Positions 20,257-29,133 of a DNA stretch of 64,000 bases are shown piece after piece. The stretch spans positions 9,571-73,570 of the forward strand of contig CBJLOV010000001.1 of assembly GCA_966424745.1 (NCBI GenBank), in the 5' to 3' direction. The translations under genes were made by a program, and so were the position numbers. How positions within the stretch are numbered: the stretch's first letter is position 1; every line of letters begins with the position of its first letter. The stretch is from an uncultured bacterium (GTDB taxonomy: Bacteria > Pseudomonadota > Gammaproteobacteria > Xanthomonadales > Rhodanobacteraceae). The notes below the pieces were generated by a model that was given only the letters and a program-made list of their open reading frames with translations, was not told where the DNA came from and ran no database searches.

Positions 20257-20766
20257 TCAGCGCATCAGTTCCAAACGACCGTCATTGCGTCCGCCGCGAA
20301 TGATCACGCGGTCGCCGATGCGGAAGCCGGGATTGTCGTACTGCCCGACCCAAGCTTCGTGGCCGTCGTCGAGTTCGACGTAGAAACGCCACGCATAACC
20401 CGAAGCTGCGCGTGCATTGTTCGACTCAATCGCGTTACCCGCGACCGCACCGCCGACCACGCCGACCGCCGTCGTCGCCGCACGGCCGCTGCCATGGCCG
20501 AACTGGTTGCCGATCAGGCCGCCGATGATCGCGCCGAGAATCGCGCCGCCGCCGGTCGTCTGCTGATCGACGCGAACTTGCTCGATCTGACGGATCGTGC
20601 CGCAAGTCCGGCAAACGCCGTTGTCGCGGCGGTCGTAATAGCCGCCCTGGTTGTATCCGGCCGGGTCGCGATAGACCACGCGCTCGCGCGGCGGCGGCGC
20701 AACGCAGGCCTGCAGGCCGAAAAGCGCTACGAGTAGCAACACGATAAGTCCGCGATGGTTGAACAT
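20257..20766 (-). CDS. glycine-zipper (SlyB / 17-kDa antigen-like) outer-membrane lipoprotein
   Basis: Lipobox LFGLQAC and glycine-zipper stretches (GGGAILGAIIGGLIGNQFG, VGVVGGAVAGNAI). Confidence 0.7.
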   Translation of the reverse strand: MFNHRGLIVLLLVALFGLQACVAPPPRERVVYRDPAGYNQGGYYDRRDNGVCRTCGTIRQIEQVRVDQQTTGGGAILGAIIGGLIGNQFGHGSGRAATTAVGVVGGAVAGNAIESNNARAASGYAWRFYVELDDGHEAWVGQYDNPGFRIGDRVIIRGGRNDGRLELMR

Positions 20767-20954
20767 TTTTCTGATCCTCGAGTGATGATTCGTTCGCCCG
20801 GTTCCCGGGGGTTCACAGCGTCATTCTGCGAGCCGGCATGTGAATATTTGCAGAATTCCACAACGGCAAAACGCCAAGCGATTCCGCTTATCGGATCGCC
20901 CGCATCGGGTTAGCATCCGCCTCGGGGCAAGCCAACGAACCAGTAGGGGAAACG

Positions 20955-22154
20955 ATGACCGAAGAGTCGGCAAACAAGCTCAGCGAGCGGATCCGCAATC
21001 TCGACGCGATTTCCGCGACGGACAAGCTCGCCGCTTCCGGCGATGCCGATATCGCGGCGGCGCTGGCCGAACTGCGCCCCGGCCAGGCCGTCGACATCCT
21101 GCAGCATTTCCCGGCCCAGCGACGCGACGCGATCGCAGCCGCCGCCGACGAAGGCGAGCAATGGCGGATGCGTACGCGCTATCCGGAGTCCACGGTCGGC
21201 CGCCTCATGGATCCGGCTCCGCTCCAGTTCACCGCGGGCACCAGCGTTCAAGCCGCAATCGAAGCCCTGCGCGACACGGTCAAGACGCGCCTCGTCACCT
21301 ACCTCTACATCGTCGACGCATCGGCACGCCTCGTCGGCGTCGTCACGTTCCGCGAGATGCTCTACGCCGACCGCCAACAAAGGCTCGGCGAAATCATGGT
21401 GCCGGATCCCTTCTATCTGCGGCCCGACACGGAACTGGTCGACGCAATGCGCGAAGTGGTTACCCGCCACTATCCCGTCTACCCGGTTTGCGACGCCGAC
21501 GGCAGGCTGATCGGCCAAGTGCGCGGTCAAATCCTGTTCGAGGAACAGGCATTCGAAATCAGCGCCCAGGCCGGATCGATGGTCGGCGTCGAGAAAGAGG
21601 AGCGCACCACGACGCCCTGGCCGCGCGCATTGATGTTCCGCCATCCCTGGCTGCAGCTGAATCTGCTCACCGCCTTCCTCGCCGCGGCGGTGGTCGGTTA
21701 TTTCCAAAATACGGTCAACGCGATCGTGCTGCTCGCGGTGTTCCTGCCGGTGCTCTCGGGACAATGCAGCAATACCGGCTGTCAGGCGCTTGCGGTCACA
21801 TTGCGCGGCATGACCTTGAACGAGATCCGCGTTGGCCGCGCCGGCAAGTTGATGCTCAAGGAAGCCTGGCTCGGCCTGCTCAACGGTTTTCTCGTCGGCG
21901 TCGTCGCCGCGTTCGGCATGTACGCGATCGCGCGCATGCAGCACAACGCACAGGCGCTGCCGCTCGCACTGATCACGCTCGTGGCGATGGCGCTATCGAG
22001 CGTCGCCAGCGGGGTTGCGGGCAGCGCCGTGCCGATGGTGCTGAAGAAGGCCGGCGCCGATCCGGCAATGGCCTCGAGCATTTTCCTCACCACTGCGACC
22101 GACGTGTTCAGCATGGGTCTGTTCCTCTGTCTTGCGCAATGGTGGTTGTTGTAG
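20955..22154 (+). CDS. mgtE: magnesium transporter MgtE
   Basis: N-domain, a CBS pair (VGRLMDPAPL..., IVDASARLVGVVTFREM) and a C-terminal five-TM channel domain (LPVLSGQCSNTGCQALAV, TDVFSMGLFL). Confidence 0.85.
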   Translation: MTEESANKLSERIRNLDAISATDKLAASGDADIAAALAELRPGQAVDILQHFPAQRRDAIAAAADEGEQWRMRTRYPESTVGRLMDPAPLQFTAGTSVQAAIEALRDTVKTRLVTYLYIVDASARLVGVVTFREMLYADRQQRLGEIMVPDPFYLRPDTELVDAMREVVTRHYPVYPVCDADGRLIGQVRGQILFEEQAFEISAQAGSMVGVEKEERTTTPWPRALMFRHPWLQLNLLTAFLAAAVVGYFQNTVNAIVLLAVFLPVLSGQCSNTGCQALAVTLRGMTLNEIRVGRAGKLMLKEAWLGLLNGFLVGVVAAFGMYAIARMQHNAQALPLALITLVAMALSSVASGVAGSAVPMVLKKAGADPAMASSIFLTTATDVFSMGLFLCLAQWWLL

Positions 22155-22254
22155 TGCAAACGCAGACGAGCGCGGCTCTACGATGAAACCGATCGATCTC
22201 TTTCACGCGCACGGATCCGCGCCGATTTGTGTCCGACACTTTACTTAGCCTTTC

Positions 22255-23040
22255 ATGCTCAACCTGATCGACAGCCATTCGCATATCGACGTCGTCGAAT
22301 TCGACGCGGACCGCACCGCGGCTCTCATGCGCGCGCGCGACGCCGGCGTGCGCCGTCAAATCGTTCCGGCGATCGCGCACGCGGGTTTCGACAAGCTGCA
22401 CGCGCTGTGCCGCCGCGAAGCGGGCCTGTATCCAGCGTACGGCCTACATCCGATGTACATCGCCGACCACCGGCCCGAACACCTCGATTCGCTGCGCGGC
22501 TGGATAGCGCGCGAACGCCCGGTCGCCGTCGGCGAATGCGGACTGGACTATTTTGTCGAGGGCCTCGATGCGGATACGCAGCGCTTGTACTTTCGCCGCC
22601 AGCTGGAGCTTGCGCGCGAATTCGGCCTTCCCGTCATCCTGCACGCGCGCCGCGCGCTCGACGAGGTGATGAGCGCCTTGCGCTACGTAGGCAATCTGAG
22701 CGGAGTCGTGCACAGCTTTTCGGGCAGCGAAGAACAGGCCCGGCAGCTGTGGAAACTCGGCTTCTGCATCGGACTCGGCGGGCCGATCACTTATGAACGC
22801 GCGCGCCGCCTGCGCCGCATCGCGGCGACCATGCCGCTCGAGTTCCTGCTGCTGGAAACCGACTCGCCCGACCAGCCGCTGTCCGGCCACCAGGGACAGC
22901 GCAATGAACCCGCCCTGCTGCGCGAAGTTTGCGAATGCGTCGCCGCCTTGCGCGGCGTCGCGCCCGAAGAGATTGCGGCGGCGACGACGCGCAACGCAGA
23001 ACGCCTGTTTCGCCTGCCCGCTTCCATCGAAGCGGCGTGA
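22255..23040 (+). CDS. TatD-family metal-dependent hydrolase (YjjV-like)
   Basis: MLNLIDSHSHID N-terminal HxH motif, GECGLDYF, ILHAR, and HSFSG. Confidence 0.85.
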   Translation: MLNLIDSHSHIDVVEFDADRTAALMRARDAGVRRQIVPAIAHAGFDKLHALCRREAGLYPAYGLHPMYIADHRPEHLDSLRGWIARERPVAVGECGLDYFVEGLDADTQRLYFRRQLELAREFGLPVILHARRALDEVMSALRYVGNLSGVVHSFSGSEEQARQLWKLGFCIGLGGPITYERARRLRRIAATMPLEFLLLETDSPDQPLSGHQGQRNEPALLREVCECVAALRGVAPEEIAAATTRNAERLFRLPASIEAA

Positions 23041-23055
23041 TCCGGATCGACGCGG

Positions 23056-23904
23056 TCAGGAAAGGACCGCTTCTTCCGTTTCCGCTCTCGCCTGCGGCGC
23101 CGCGCGCTTGTCCGCGCCTGGCTCTTTCGCTTCGAGCAGCTTCGCCAGCACGCGCGATACGGCGACGAAGGCGAACGTTCCGGTGACGTGCGTCGCCGCG
23201 CCGAGCCCGCCGGAGCAATCGAGCTTGAGCGCGCCTTCGCTCGACACGCGAGTCTTGCACACCGTGCCGTCGGCCTGGGGGTAGTTGGCGTTCTCGCGCG
23301 AGAACACGGCCTGCACGCCGAAGTAGCGCTTCGGATTGCGCGTCCAACCATAGTCGTCGCGAAGCTTCTGGCGCACGAGCGCGAGCATCGCGTCGTGCTC
23401 GGTCCTGGACAGATCGCGCGCCGTGACCAGGGTCGGATCGATGCGCCCCCCCGCCGAGCCGCAGACGACGATCGGAATCTTGCGCCGCCGGCAGAACGCG
23501 ACCATTTCGACTTTCACTTTCAGCGAATCGCAGGCGTCGAGCACGGCGTCGTAGGGGCGAGTCCCGTCGCGCCCGAGCAGATCCCACAAATTCGACGAGA
23601 CGAGGAAATCCGCCACCGCATGCACTTTGATCGTCGGGTTGATCGCGCGCGCGCGCTCCGCCATGACTTCGACCTTGGCCCGGCCGTATTCGCCGTCAAG
23701 CGCGTGCAGCTGGCGATTCGTGTTGGATACGCAGACATCGTCCGCGTCGATCAGGGTCAATTCGCCGACGCCCGAACGCGCCAGCGCCTCGACCGCCCAC
23801 GAACCGACGCCGCCGATGCCGACCACGCATACGTGCGCGTGCGCCAGCCGCGCCGCCGCGCCGACGCCATAAAGGCGGTCGATCCCCGCAAAACGTTCTT
23901 TCAT
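23056..23904 (-). CDS. tcdA: tRNA threonylcarbamoyladenosine dehydratase (ThiF/E1-like, TcdA/CsdL)
   Basis: RFAGIDRLYG...VCVVGIGGVGSWAVEALARSGVGELTLIDADDVCVSNTNRQ. Start at ATG 23902-23904. Confidence 0.8.
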   Translation of the reverse strand: MKERFAGIDRLYGVGAAARLAHAHVCVVGIGGVGSWAVEALARSGVGELTLIDADDVCVSNTNRQLHALDGEYGRAKVEVMAERARAINPTIKVHAVADFLVSSNLWDLLGRDGTRPYDAVLDACDSLKVKVEMVAFCRRRKIPIVVCGSAGGRIDPTLVTARDLSRTEHDAMLALVRQKLRDDYGWTRNPKRYFGVQAVFSRENANYPQADGTVCKTRVSSEGALKLDCSGGLGAATHVTGTFAFVAVSRVLAKLLEAKEPGADKRAAPQARAETEEAVLS

Positions 23905-24026
23905 GTCGACATTATAGTGGCCATCCCCGATCGGGAAGCCTGAAAAGCCGCGCGTTCGGACGGTGCTACTCGATGCAGCCCGCACCTGAGATATGCTTTG
24001 CGTTTTGCCGTTTCAATCGGGTAGCC

Positions 24027-24425
24027 ATGAAGCAAATAGCGTTGTTGTTGATCGGACTGGTGGTCGGTGCCATGGGGGCGGTGATCGTGGCCAATGCCTT
24101 GCGCGCCCGCGACGCCTATGCGCGCGGTGCGATGGACGTCATGCAACATCACTACGGTTCGCTGCGCGAGAACCTACGCGCGCAACGCTGCGAGGCGAGC
24201 AAATCCGCGCAGGCGCTGACCCAGCTGCGCGCGTTGAGCAATGAAATCGAACCGGCGGTCTATCCCGACTCAACACCCGAGTCGGCGTTCCGCGAGTACG
24301 GATCGCGGCTGCGCGACGCACTCGATGCGGGCATCGCCGCTGCGCCGGCCGACTGCGCCGCGCTGGCTCCGATCGCCGAAAAGATCGGCAAGGTCTGCGA
24401 CGAATGCCACCAGCAATACCGTTGA
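24027..24425 (+). CDS. class II c-type cytochrome-like protein (cytochrome c'-like), N-terminally anchored
   Basis: 132 aa with a hydrophobic N-terminus MKQIALLLIGLVVGAMGAVIV and a predicted helical body. A single CxxCH heme motif lies six residues from the C-terminus (KVCDECHQQYR), which is the class II cytochrome c arrangement. Confidence 0.5.
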   Translation: MKQIALLLIGLVVGAMGAVIVANALRARDAYARGAMDVMQHHYGSLRENLRAQRCEASKSAQALTQLRALSNEIEPAVYPDSTPESAFREYGSRLRDALDAGIAAAPADCAALAPIAEKIGKVCDECHQQYR

Positions 24426-24443
24426 ACGTCGCCTCGCGCCGGC

Positions 24444-25316
24444 TCATCTCGCCGGCAAGGGGATGAACTCGGTCTCGCCCGGCACCTGCCCGAAGCGCTG
24501 GGCAGCCCAGTCCTGTTTGGCGCGCTCGATGCGCTCGCGCGAAGACGAAACGAAGTTCCAGTACAGATGACGCTCGCCGTCGAGCGGCGCGCCGCCGAAG
24601 AACACGGCGTGCCCGCCGTCCGGCGCGCCGATTTCGACGTCGACACCCGGCTCCAACGTCGCCATGTGCTGCGCCGGAAGCGGCTCCCCGCCGACGACCA
24701 GGTCCGTGTCGACCGCATAGACGGCGCGTTCGGGATACTCGGCCGGCAGGACGAACCTGCCGCCATCGGCATACTCCGCCGCGAGATAGAACATCGGCGC
24801 GAAGATGCGCACCGGCGCGTGCAGGCCGAGCGCGTCGCCGGCGACAAGACGCAGGCGCACGCCGTCGCGCCCGATCGCCGGCAGGTCGTCGACCGAATGA
24901 TGATGGAACTCCGGTTCGATCTCCTCCGCGGATTTCGGCAGCGCCACCCAGATCTGGATACCGTGCAGCTTCTGCCCGGAGGCGCGCTCCGCATCCGGCG
25001 TGCGCTCCGAATGCACGATGCCGCGCCCGGCCGTCATCCAGTTGACGTCGCCGGGACGGATGTCCTGCACCGAACCGAGGCTGTCGCGGTGGCGGATCGC
25101 GCCGTCGAACAGATAGGTCACCGTGGCAAGCCCGATATGCGGGTGCGGGCGCACGTCCATGCCCTGCCCCGGCGCCATCTGCACCGGCCCCATGTGGTCG
25201 AAGAACACGAACGGCCCGACGTGGCGCGCGTCGATATGCGGCAACAGCCGGCGAACGTGAAAACCGCCGCCGAGGTCGTGCACGCGGCCTTCGATAACAT
25301 GGGCAATCCGGGTCAT
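24444..25316 (-). CDS. pirin family protein
   Basis: Bicupin protein with HPHIG...TVTY and WMTAGRGIVHSE motifs. Confidence 0.85.
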   Translation of the reverse strand: MTRIAHVIEGRVHDLGGGFHVRRLLPHIDARHVGPFVFFDHMGPVQMAPGQGMDVRPHPHIGLATVTYLFDGAIRHRDSLGSVQDIRPGDVNWMTAGRGIVHSERTPDAERASGQKLHGIQIWVALPKSAEEIEPEFHHHSVDDLPAIGRDGVRLRLVAGDALGLHAPVRIFAPMFYLAAEYADGGRFVLPAEYPERAVYAVDTDLVVGGEPLPAQHMATLEPGVDVEIGAPDGGHAVFFGGAPLDGERHLYWNFVSSSRERIERAKQDWAAQRFGQVPGETEFIPLPAR

Positions 25317-25461
25317 GGCGGAAATACGAGTCCGATGGAACGATGGTCGCTAGTGTAGCCACCGCGGCGTCCCAAGTGCAGGACGATGCGTTCGCCCCGC
25401 CGCGGCTGGTTTCCCCGTTCGACGGGCCTATATTTGCCGCATCGCAAATCCGGAGTGAATC

Positions 25462-26337
25462 ATGGCCAGCACCAATCCCGCCTCCCGCAGCGCAAGCGCC
25501 GACCAGCGCGGCGTCGTACGTATCGTCCGCGGCCTGCCGACCAGTGACGGCGCGGGCGTCAAGCTGACGCGTGTCATCGGTCAGCCTGCACTCGACATGC
25601 TCGATCCGTTCCTGATGCTCGACGAATTCCGCTCGGATTCGGGCAGCGACTATATCGCCGGCTTCCCGGACCACCCGCACCGCGGCTTCGAAACGGTAAC
25701 CTACATGCTCGCCGGACGCATGCGCCACGGCGACAATCAGGGCAATTCAGGCCTGCTCACCGCCGGCAGCGTGCAGTGGATGACGGCCGGCCGCGGCATC
25801 GTCCACTCGGAAATGCCCGAACAGGAACACGGCCTGATGCAGGGTTTCCAGCTTTGGGTCAACCTGCCCGCCAAGGACAAGATGACCGCCCCGCGTTATC
25901 AGGACATCGCCCCCGAGCGTATTCCCGAAGTCCAGCTCGCCCCGGGCGCCAAGGCGCGAGTCATCGTCGGCGAGCAGGCGGGCGTGCGCGGCCCGGTCGA
26001 GAACGTCGCAACCGATCCGCTGTATCTCGATCTCCATCTGGAGGCCGGTGCCTCGGCAGAAATCGATATTCCGAGCGGGCACAACGGATTCGTCTATGTT
26101 TACGAAGGCCAGGCCAAGATCGGCGAAGGAGCGGCAAGCGAACTCCTGCGCGGGGACCTCGGCGTGCTGAGCCGCGGGGACGGCAAGTTGCACATCGCCG
26201 CGCCGGTCTCGGCGCGGGCAATCATCGTCGCTGGAAGGCCGCTGAACGAACCGGTCGCCAAGTACGGCCCGTTCGTGATGAATACGCAACATCAGATCAT
26301 TCAAGCGGTGGAAGATTTTCGCGCCGGCCGATTTTAA
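25462..26337 (+). CDS. pirin family protein (paralog)
   Basis: FPDHPHRGFETVTYML and WMTAGRGIVHSE motifs. It is divergent from the first pirin gene. Confidence 0.85.
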   Translation: MASTNPASRSASADQRGVVRIVRGLPTSDGAGVKLTRVIGQPALDMLDPFLMLDEFRSDSGSDYIAGFPDHPHRGFETVTYMLAGRMRHGDNQGNSGLLTAGSVQWMTAGRGIVHSEMPEQEHGLMQGFQLWVNLPAKDKMTAPRYQDIAPERIPEVQLAPGAKARVIVGEQAGVRGPVENVATDPLYLDLHLEAGASAEIDIPSGHNGFVYVYEGQAKIGEGAASELLRGDLGVLSRGDGKLHIAAPVSARAIIVAGRPLNEPVAKYGPFVMNTQHQIIQAVEDFRAGRF

Positions 26338-26372
26338 GAGCGGTGGACTTCATACTCTTATATGGTCCTTGC

Positions 26373-26406
26373 AAAAAACAGGGCGCCTATGCGGCGTCCC
26401 ATTTTT
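26373..26406. terminator. probable terminator hairpin downstream of pirin 2
   Basis: AAAAAA, CAGGGCGCC, TATG, CGGCGTCCC, ATTTTT. The stem is imperfect and flanked by an A-run and a T-run. Confidence 0.4.
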
Positions 26407-26471
26407 GCATTGCACCACCGCAAAATCCGATTGCACTGGCGAAATTATGCAAATACTTTCATTTCTGCAAG

Positions 26472-26504
26472 AAAATGCCCCGGCAACCTTGCGGCTACCG
26501 GGGC
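26472..26504 (-). terminator. rho-independent terminator of the cold-shock gene
   Basis: On the minus strand: GCCCCGG, a 14-nt loop, CCGGGGC, followed by ATTTTC. Confidence 0.55.
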
Positions 26505-26533
26505 GCGGAAGTAGTTTAGGATTTTTCAGAAGA

Positions 26534-26743
26534 TCAGGCGGGGGTGACTTCGTCCGCCTGGAGGCCTTTCTGGCCCTGAACGACTTTGAAGCTAACCTTT
26601 TGGCCTTCCTGCAGGGTACGGAATCCGGTGCCTTGAATCGCGCGGAAGTGCACGAACACATCCGGGCCGTTTTCACGGCTGATAAAACCGAAACCCTTGC
26701 TGTCGTTGAACCACTTGACAGTACCTACCTCACGATCCGACAT
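26534..26743 (-). CDS. cold-shock protein (CspA family)
   Basis: 69 aa. [15 protein letters not shown] (RNP1) and DVFVHF (RNP2). ATG 26741-26743. A long AT-richer 5' region extends to about 26990. Confidence 0.95.
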   Translation of the reverse strand: MSDREVGTVKWFNDSKGFGFISRENGPDVFVHFRAIQGTGFRTLQEGQKVSFKVVQGQKGLQADEVTPA

Positions 26744-26999
26744 AAAAACTCCACAAGACAAACTAGACAAATCCGCAAGCGCAACACCTACGGACGACTT
26801 ACTGGCATGCATGGAAATGGGTTGACGATGAAGCGATCGAAGGACCAGCGAACGCGGTCTCATAGACTCGCCGGCCACAACTCACAACAACCGTGCAGAC
26901 ACAGTATTTTCAGCATAACCCAAAATTTACAAAAGAAATAGGGAATAGCGTCCAATTCGAAAAAATCACAGGTATCGATACCATCGCAATGTCAACCCC

Positions 27000-27896
27000 T
27001 CAGCGGACGCTCTCCAGATCCGATTCGGTCGGCTCGAGATCATGAAAGCGGGCCAGGTCCACGTACATATGCCTGGGGTTTTCGCCCTCGCTGAATATAT
27101 CGACGAAGCGGCGTTCGAACAGGATGTTTTCATGCCCGTACGTATGCCGCGCCGTCACGCCGGCGGCAAAGGTTTCGTCCACCCCGGAGAGAGTGACCGC
27201 GAGGCGCATATCGCCGTCGACGATGTCCTGGACCGTGATGCCGCGAAGCGGGCTGGTCTCGTCGATTTGATGCATGATCTGCCAGCTCAGCGCGAACATC
27301 GGCGAGCGGGCCCGTTCCAGCCTCAGATCGTAGAAGCGGGTCAGGCTGTGCCCATCGGGCGTGTCCTCGTCGCGCACCAGCACGAGCGAGGCGGTGGCTT
27401 CGAGGATGTAGCTGCGGCGTTGATTGGCCACACGCAGCATCAGGGTCGGCACGCCGTTGTAAGGAGTGATCACGGCGACGCGGCTGAACAGGATACGCGC
27501 GGTAGGCTTGGAGAAACGGGCGAAAACCAGGCTCGTGATGACCGCCATGCTCAACATGCCGGTGATGATCTCCATCGTCGCCACGCAGTGCCCGTAGAGC
27601 GTGGCGGGGCTCATATTGCCGTAACCGACCGTCGCCAGCGTTTCGACGCTGAAGAAAAAATAATCGCTGAAGCTGTTCGCATTGTTGACCGCATGGTCGC
27701 CGAGCGCGTAGGCGCAAGCGAACACGAGGTTGGCCAGCAAATAGACAACGACCGCTCCGGCGAAGAACTGCGGCCAGGTCAACGACATGATCAGGTGGTA
27801 GGCGTCGTGCCGGCTGAATCGTTCGACGCCGAGCTTGGTGACTTCGGTATTGCCCACTTGGACCGTGATGCCACGGCGACGCGACGGATTGGCCAT
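27000..27896 (-). CDS. inward-rectifier-type potassium channel (KirBac family)
   Basis: 298 aa with two TM helices flanking a pore helix and the selectivity filter TLATVGYGN. A beta-rich cytoplasmic C-terminal domain follows, as in KirBac channels. Confidence 0.85.
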   Translation of the reverse strand: MANPSRRRGITVQVGNTEVTKLGVERFSRHDAYHLIMSLTWPQFFAGAVVVYLLANLVFACAYALGDHAVNNANSFSDYFFFSVETLATVGYGNMSPATLYGHCVATMEIITGMLSMAVITSLVFARFSKPTARILFSRVAVITPYNGVPTLMLRVANQRRSYILEATASLVLVRDEDTPDGHSLTRFYDLRLERARSPMFALSWQIMHQIDETSPLRGITVQDIVDGDMRLAVTLSGVDETFAAGVTARHTYGHENILFERRFVDIFSEGENPRHMYVDLARFHDLEPTESDLESVR

Positions 27897-28047
27897 AACG
27901 GAATCGATGCTTGCGGGACGGGAGGAAAACTATACGGCGTCGGGTGACGCCCTCAAGGCGCAGCGGCAACGCCGATGCAACTTTATGCGAAAATTCACCG
28001 TTTAGTCCCGGCGCCCGACCGGGCATCACGATCTCGCCGCGCTATCC

Positions 28048-29133
28048 ATGGATTCCACCGACCGCACGGCATCGCCGTATCTCAATCTGCTCGAGCCTCC
28101 GGTTCTGATCGATCAGTTCCTGGCCCATCCGCCGCAGGATTTTTCCGCCGGCACCTCGCGCGACGGCGCGCCTTACTTTGTCGCGAAGTTCGATCTGCTC
28201 ACCACGATGGAGCCGGCCGCGAAGCGGCGGATCACCTCGCTGCCGCTGTACCGATGGTGGGGAGAATGGCTGAAACCGCTCACCTGTTTCGTCGGCACCA
28301 CGGTGACCGAGTACGCGCCGCTGCCGGCGCAGGACGACGCGGCATCCCTCGTCGCCCGGATCAAGGAAGATTACGCGCGACGCTACGCGTTTCTGATCGT
28401 CAAGGACACGCCGCAGGACTCGCCCCTGCTCGACGCCCGCAGCAACTCCGCGTCGAGGAGCTTCGTCGACGCCTGCCGCGACGGCGGTTTCGTTCTGCTC
28501 GAAGGCCAGGCGCTTGCCTACGTCGCGATCGACTTCGCCTCGACCGACGAATATCTGTCGCGGCTTTCCTCGGGACGGCGCAAGGACATCCGCCGCAAGC
28601 TGCGCAGCACCGCCGAACTCGAGATCGAAGCCGTTCCGACCGGCGACGCGCGCTTCGCCGATCCCGCCGTGCGCGCCGAGTTCTATGCGCTGTTCCTCAA
28701 CGTCTACAACCAAAGCGAGCTGCATTTCGACCTGCTCACCGCCGGCTATTTCGATGCGATCCTGCAGGACGCGGCAAGCGGCGGCGTGATTTTCGTTTAT
28801 CGCCATCAGGGCCGCATGATCGGCTTCAACCTCTGCTACGTCTGCAGCGGCAATCTCGTCGACAAGTACGTCGGCTTCGTCTATCCGCAGGCGCGCGAGC
28901 TGAACTTGTATTTCGTCAGCTGGATGCACAATCTCGACTACGCGCTCAAGCGCGGCCTCAAACAATACGTCGCCGGCTGGACCGATCCGGAAATCAAGTC
29001 GTACCTCGGCGCAAAATTCACCTTCACGCGCCACGCGGTCTACGTGCGCAATCCTCTGCTGCGGGCGATACTGCGCAGATTCGCGGGCGCATTCGAAAGC
29101 GACCGTGCCGTGATGGAAGCCAAGTCCCCGTGA
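28048..29133 (+). CDS. GNAT-fold / FemAB-like acyltransferase family protein
   Basis: 361 aa. The C-terminal half (VIFVYRHQGRMIGFNLCYVCSGNLVDKYVGF...LNLYFVSWMHNLDYALKRGLKQYVAGWTDPEIKSYLGAKF) looks like the Acetyltransf_6 / FemAB-like family. The assignment is by resemblance only. Confidence 0.5.
   Translation: MDSTDRTASPYLNLLEPPVLIDQFLAHPPQDFSAGTSRDGAPYFVAKFDLLTTMEPAAKRRITSLPLYRWWGEWLKPLTCFVGTTVTEYAPLPAQDDAASLVARIKEDYARRYAFLIVKDTPQDSPLLDARSNSASRSFVDACRDGGFVLLEGQALAYVAIDFASTDEYLSRLSSGRRKDIRRKLRSTAELEIEAVPTGDARFADPAVRAEFYALFLNVYNQSELHFDLLTAGYFDAILQDAASGGVIFVYRHQGRMIGFNLCYVCSGNLVDKYVGFVYPQARELNLYFVSWMHNLDYALKRGLKQYVAGWTDPEIKSYLGAKFTFTRHAVYVRNPLLRAILRRFAGAFESDRAVMEAKSP

Noticed and set aside
20767-20954. 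Possible M-box/Mg riboswitch upstream of mgtE
   Set aside because: The region is short (under 190 nt, shared with a divergent promoter). I could not recognise the conserved M-box core by eye. A covariance-model scan is needed, so no call is made.
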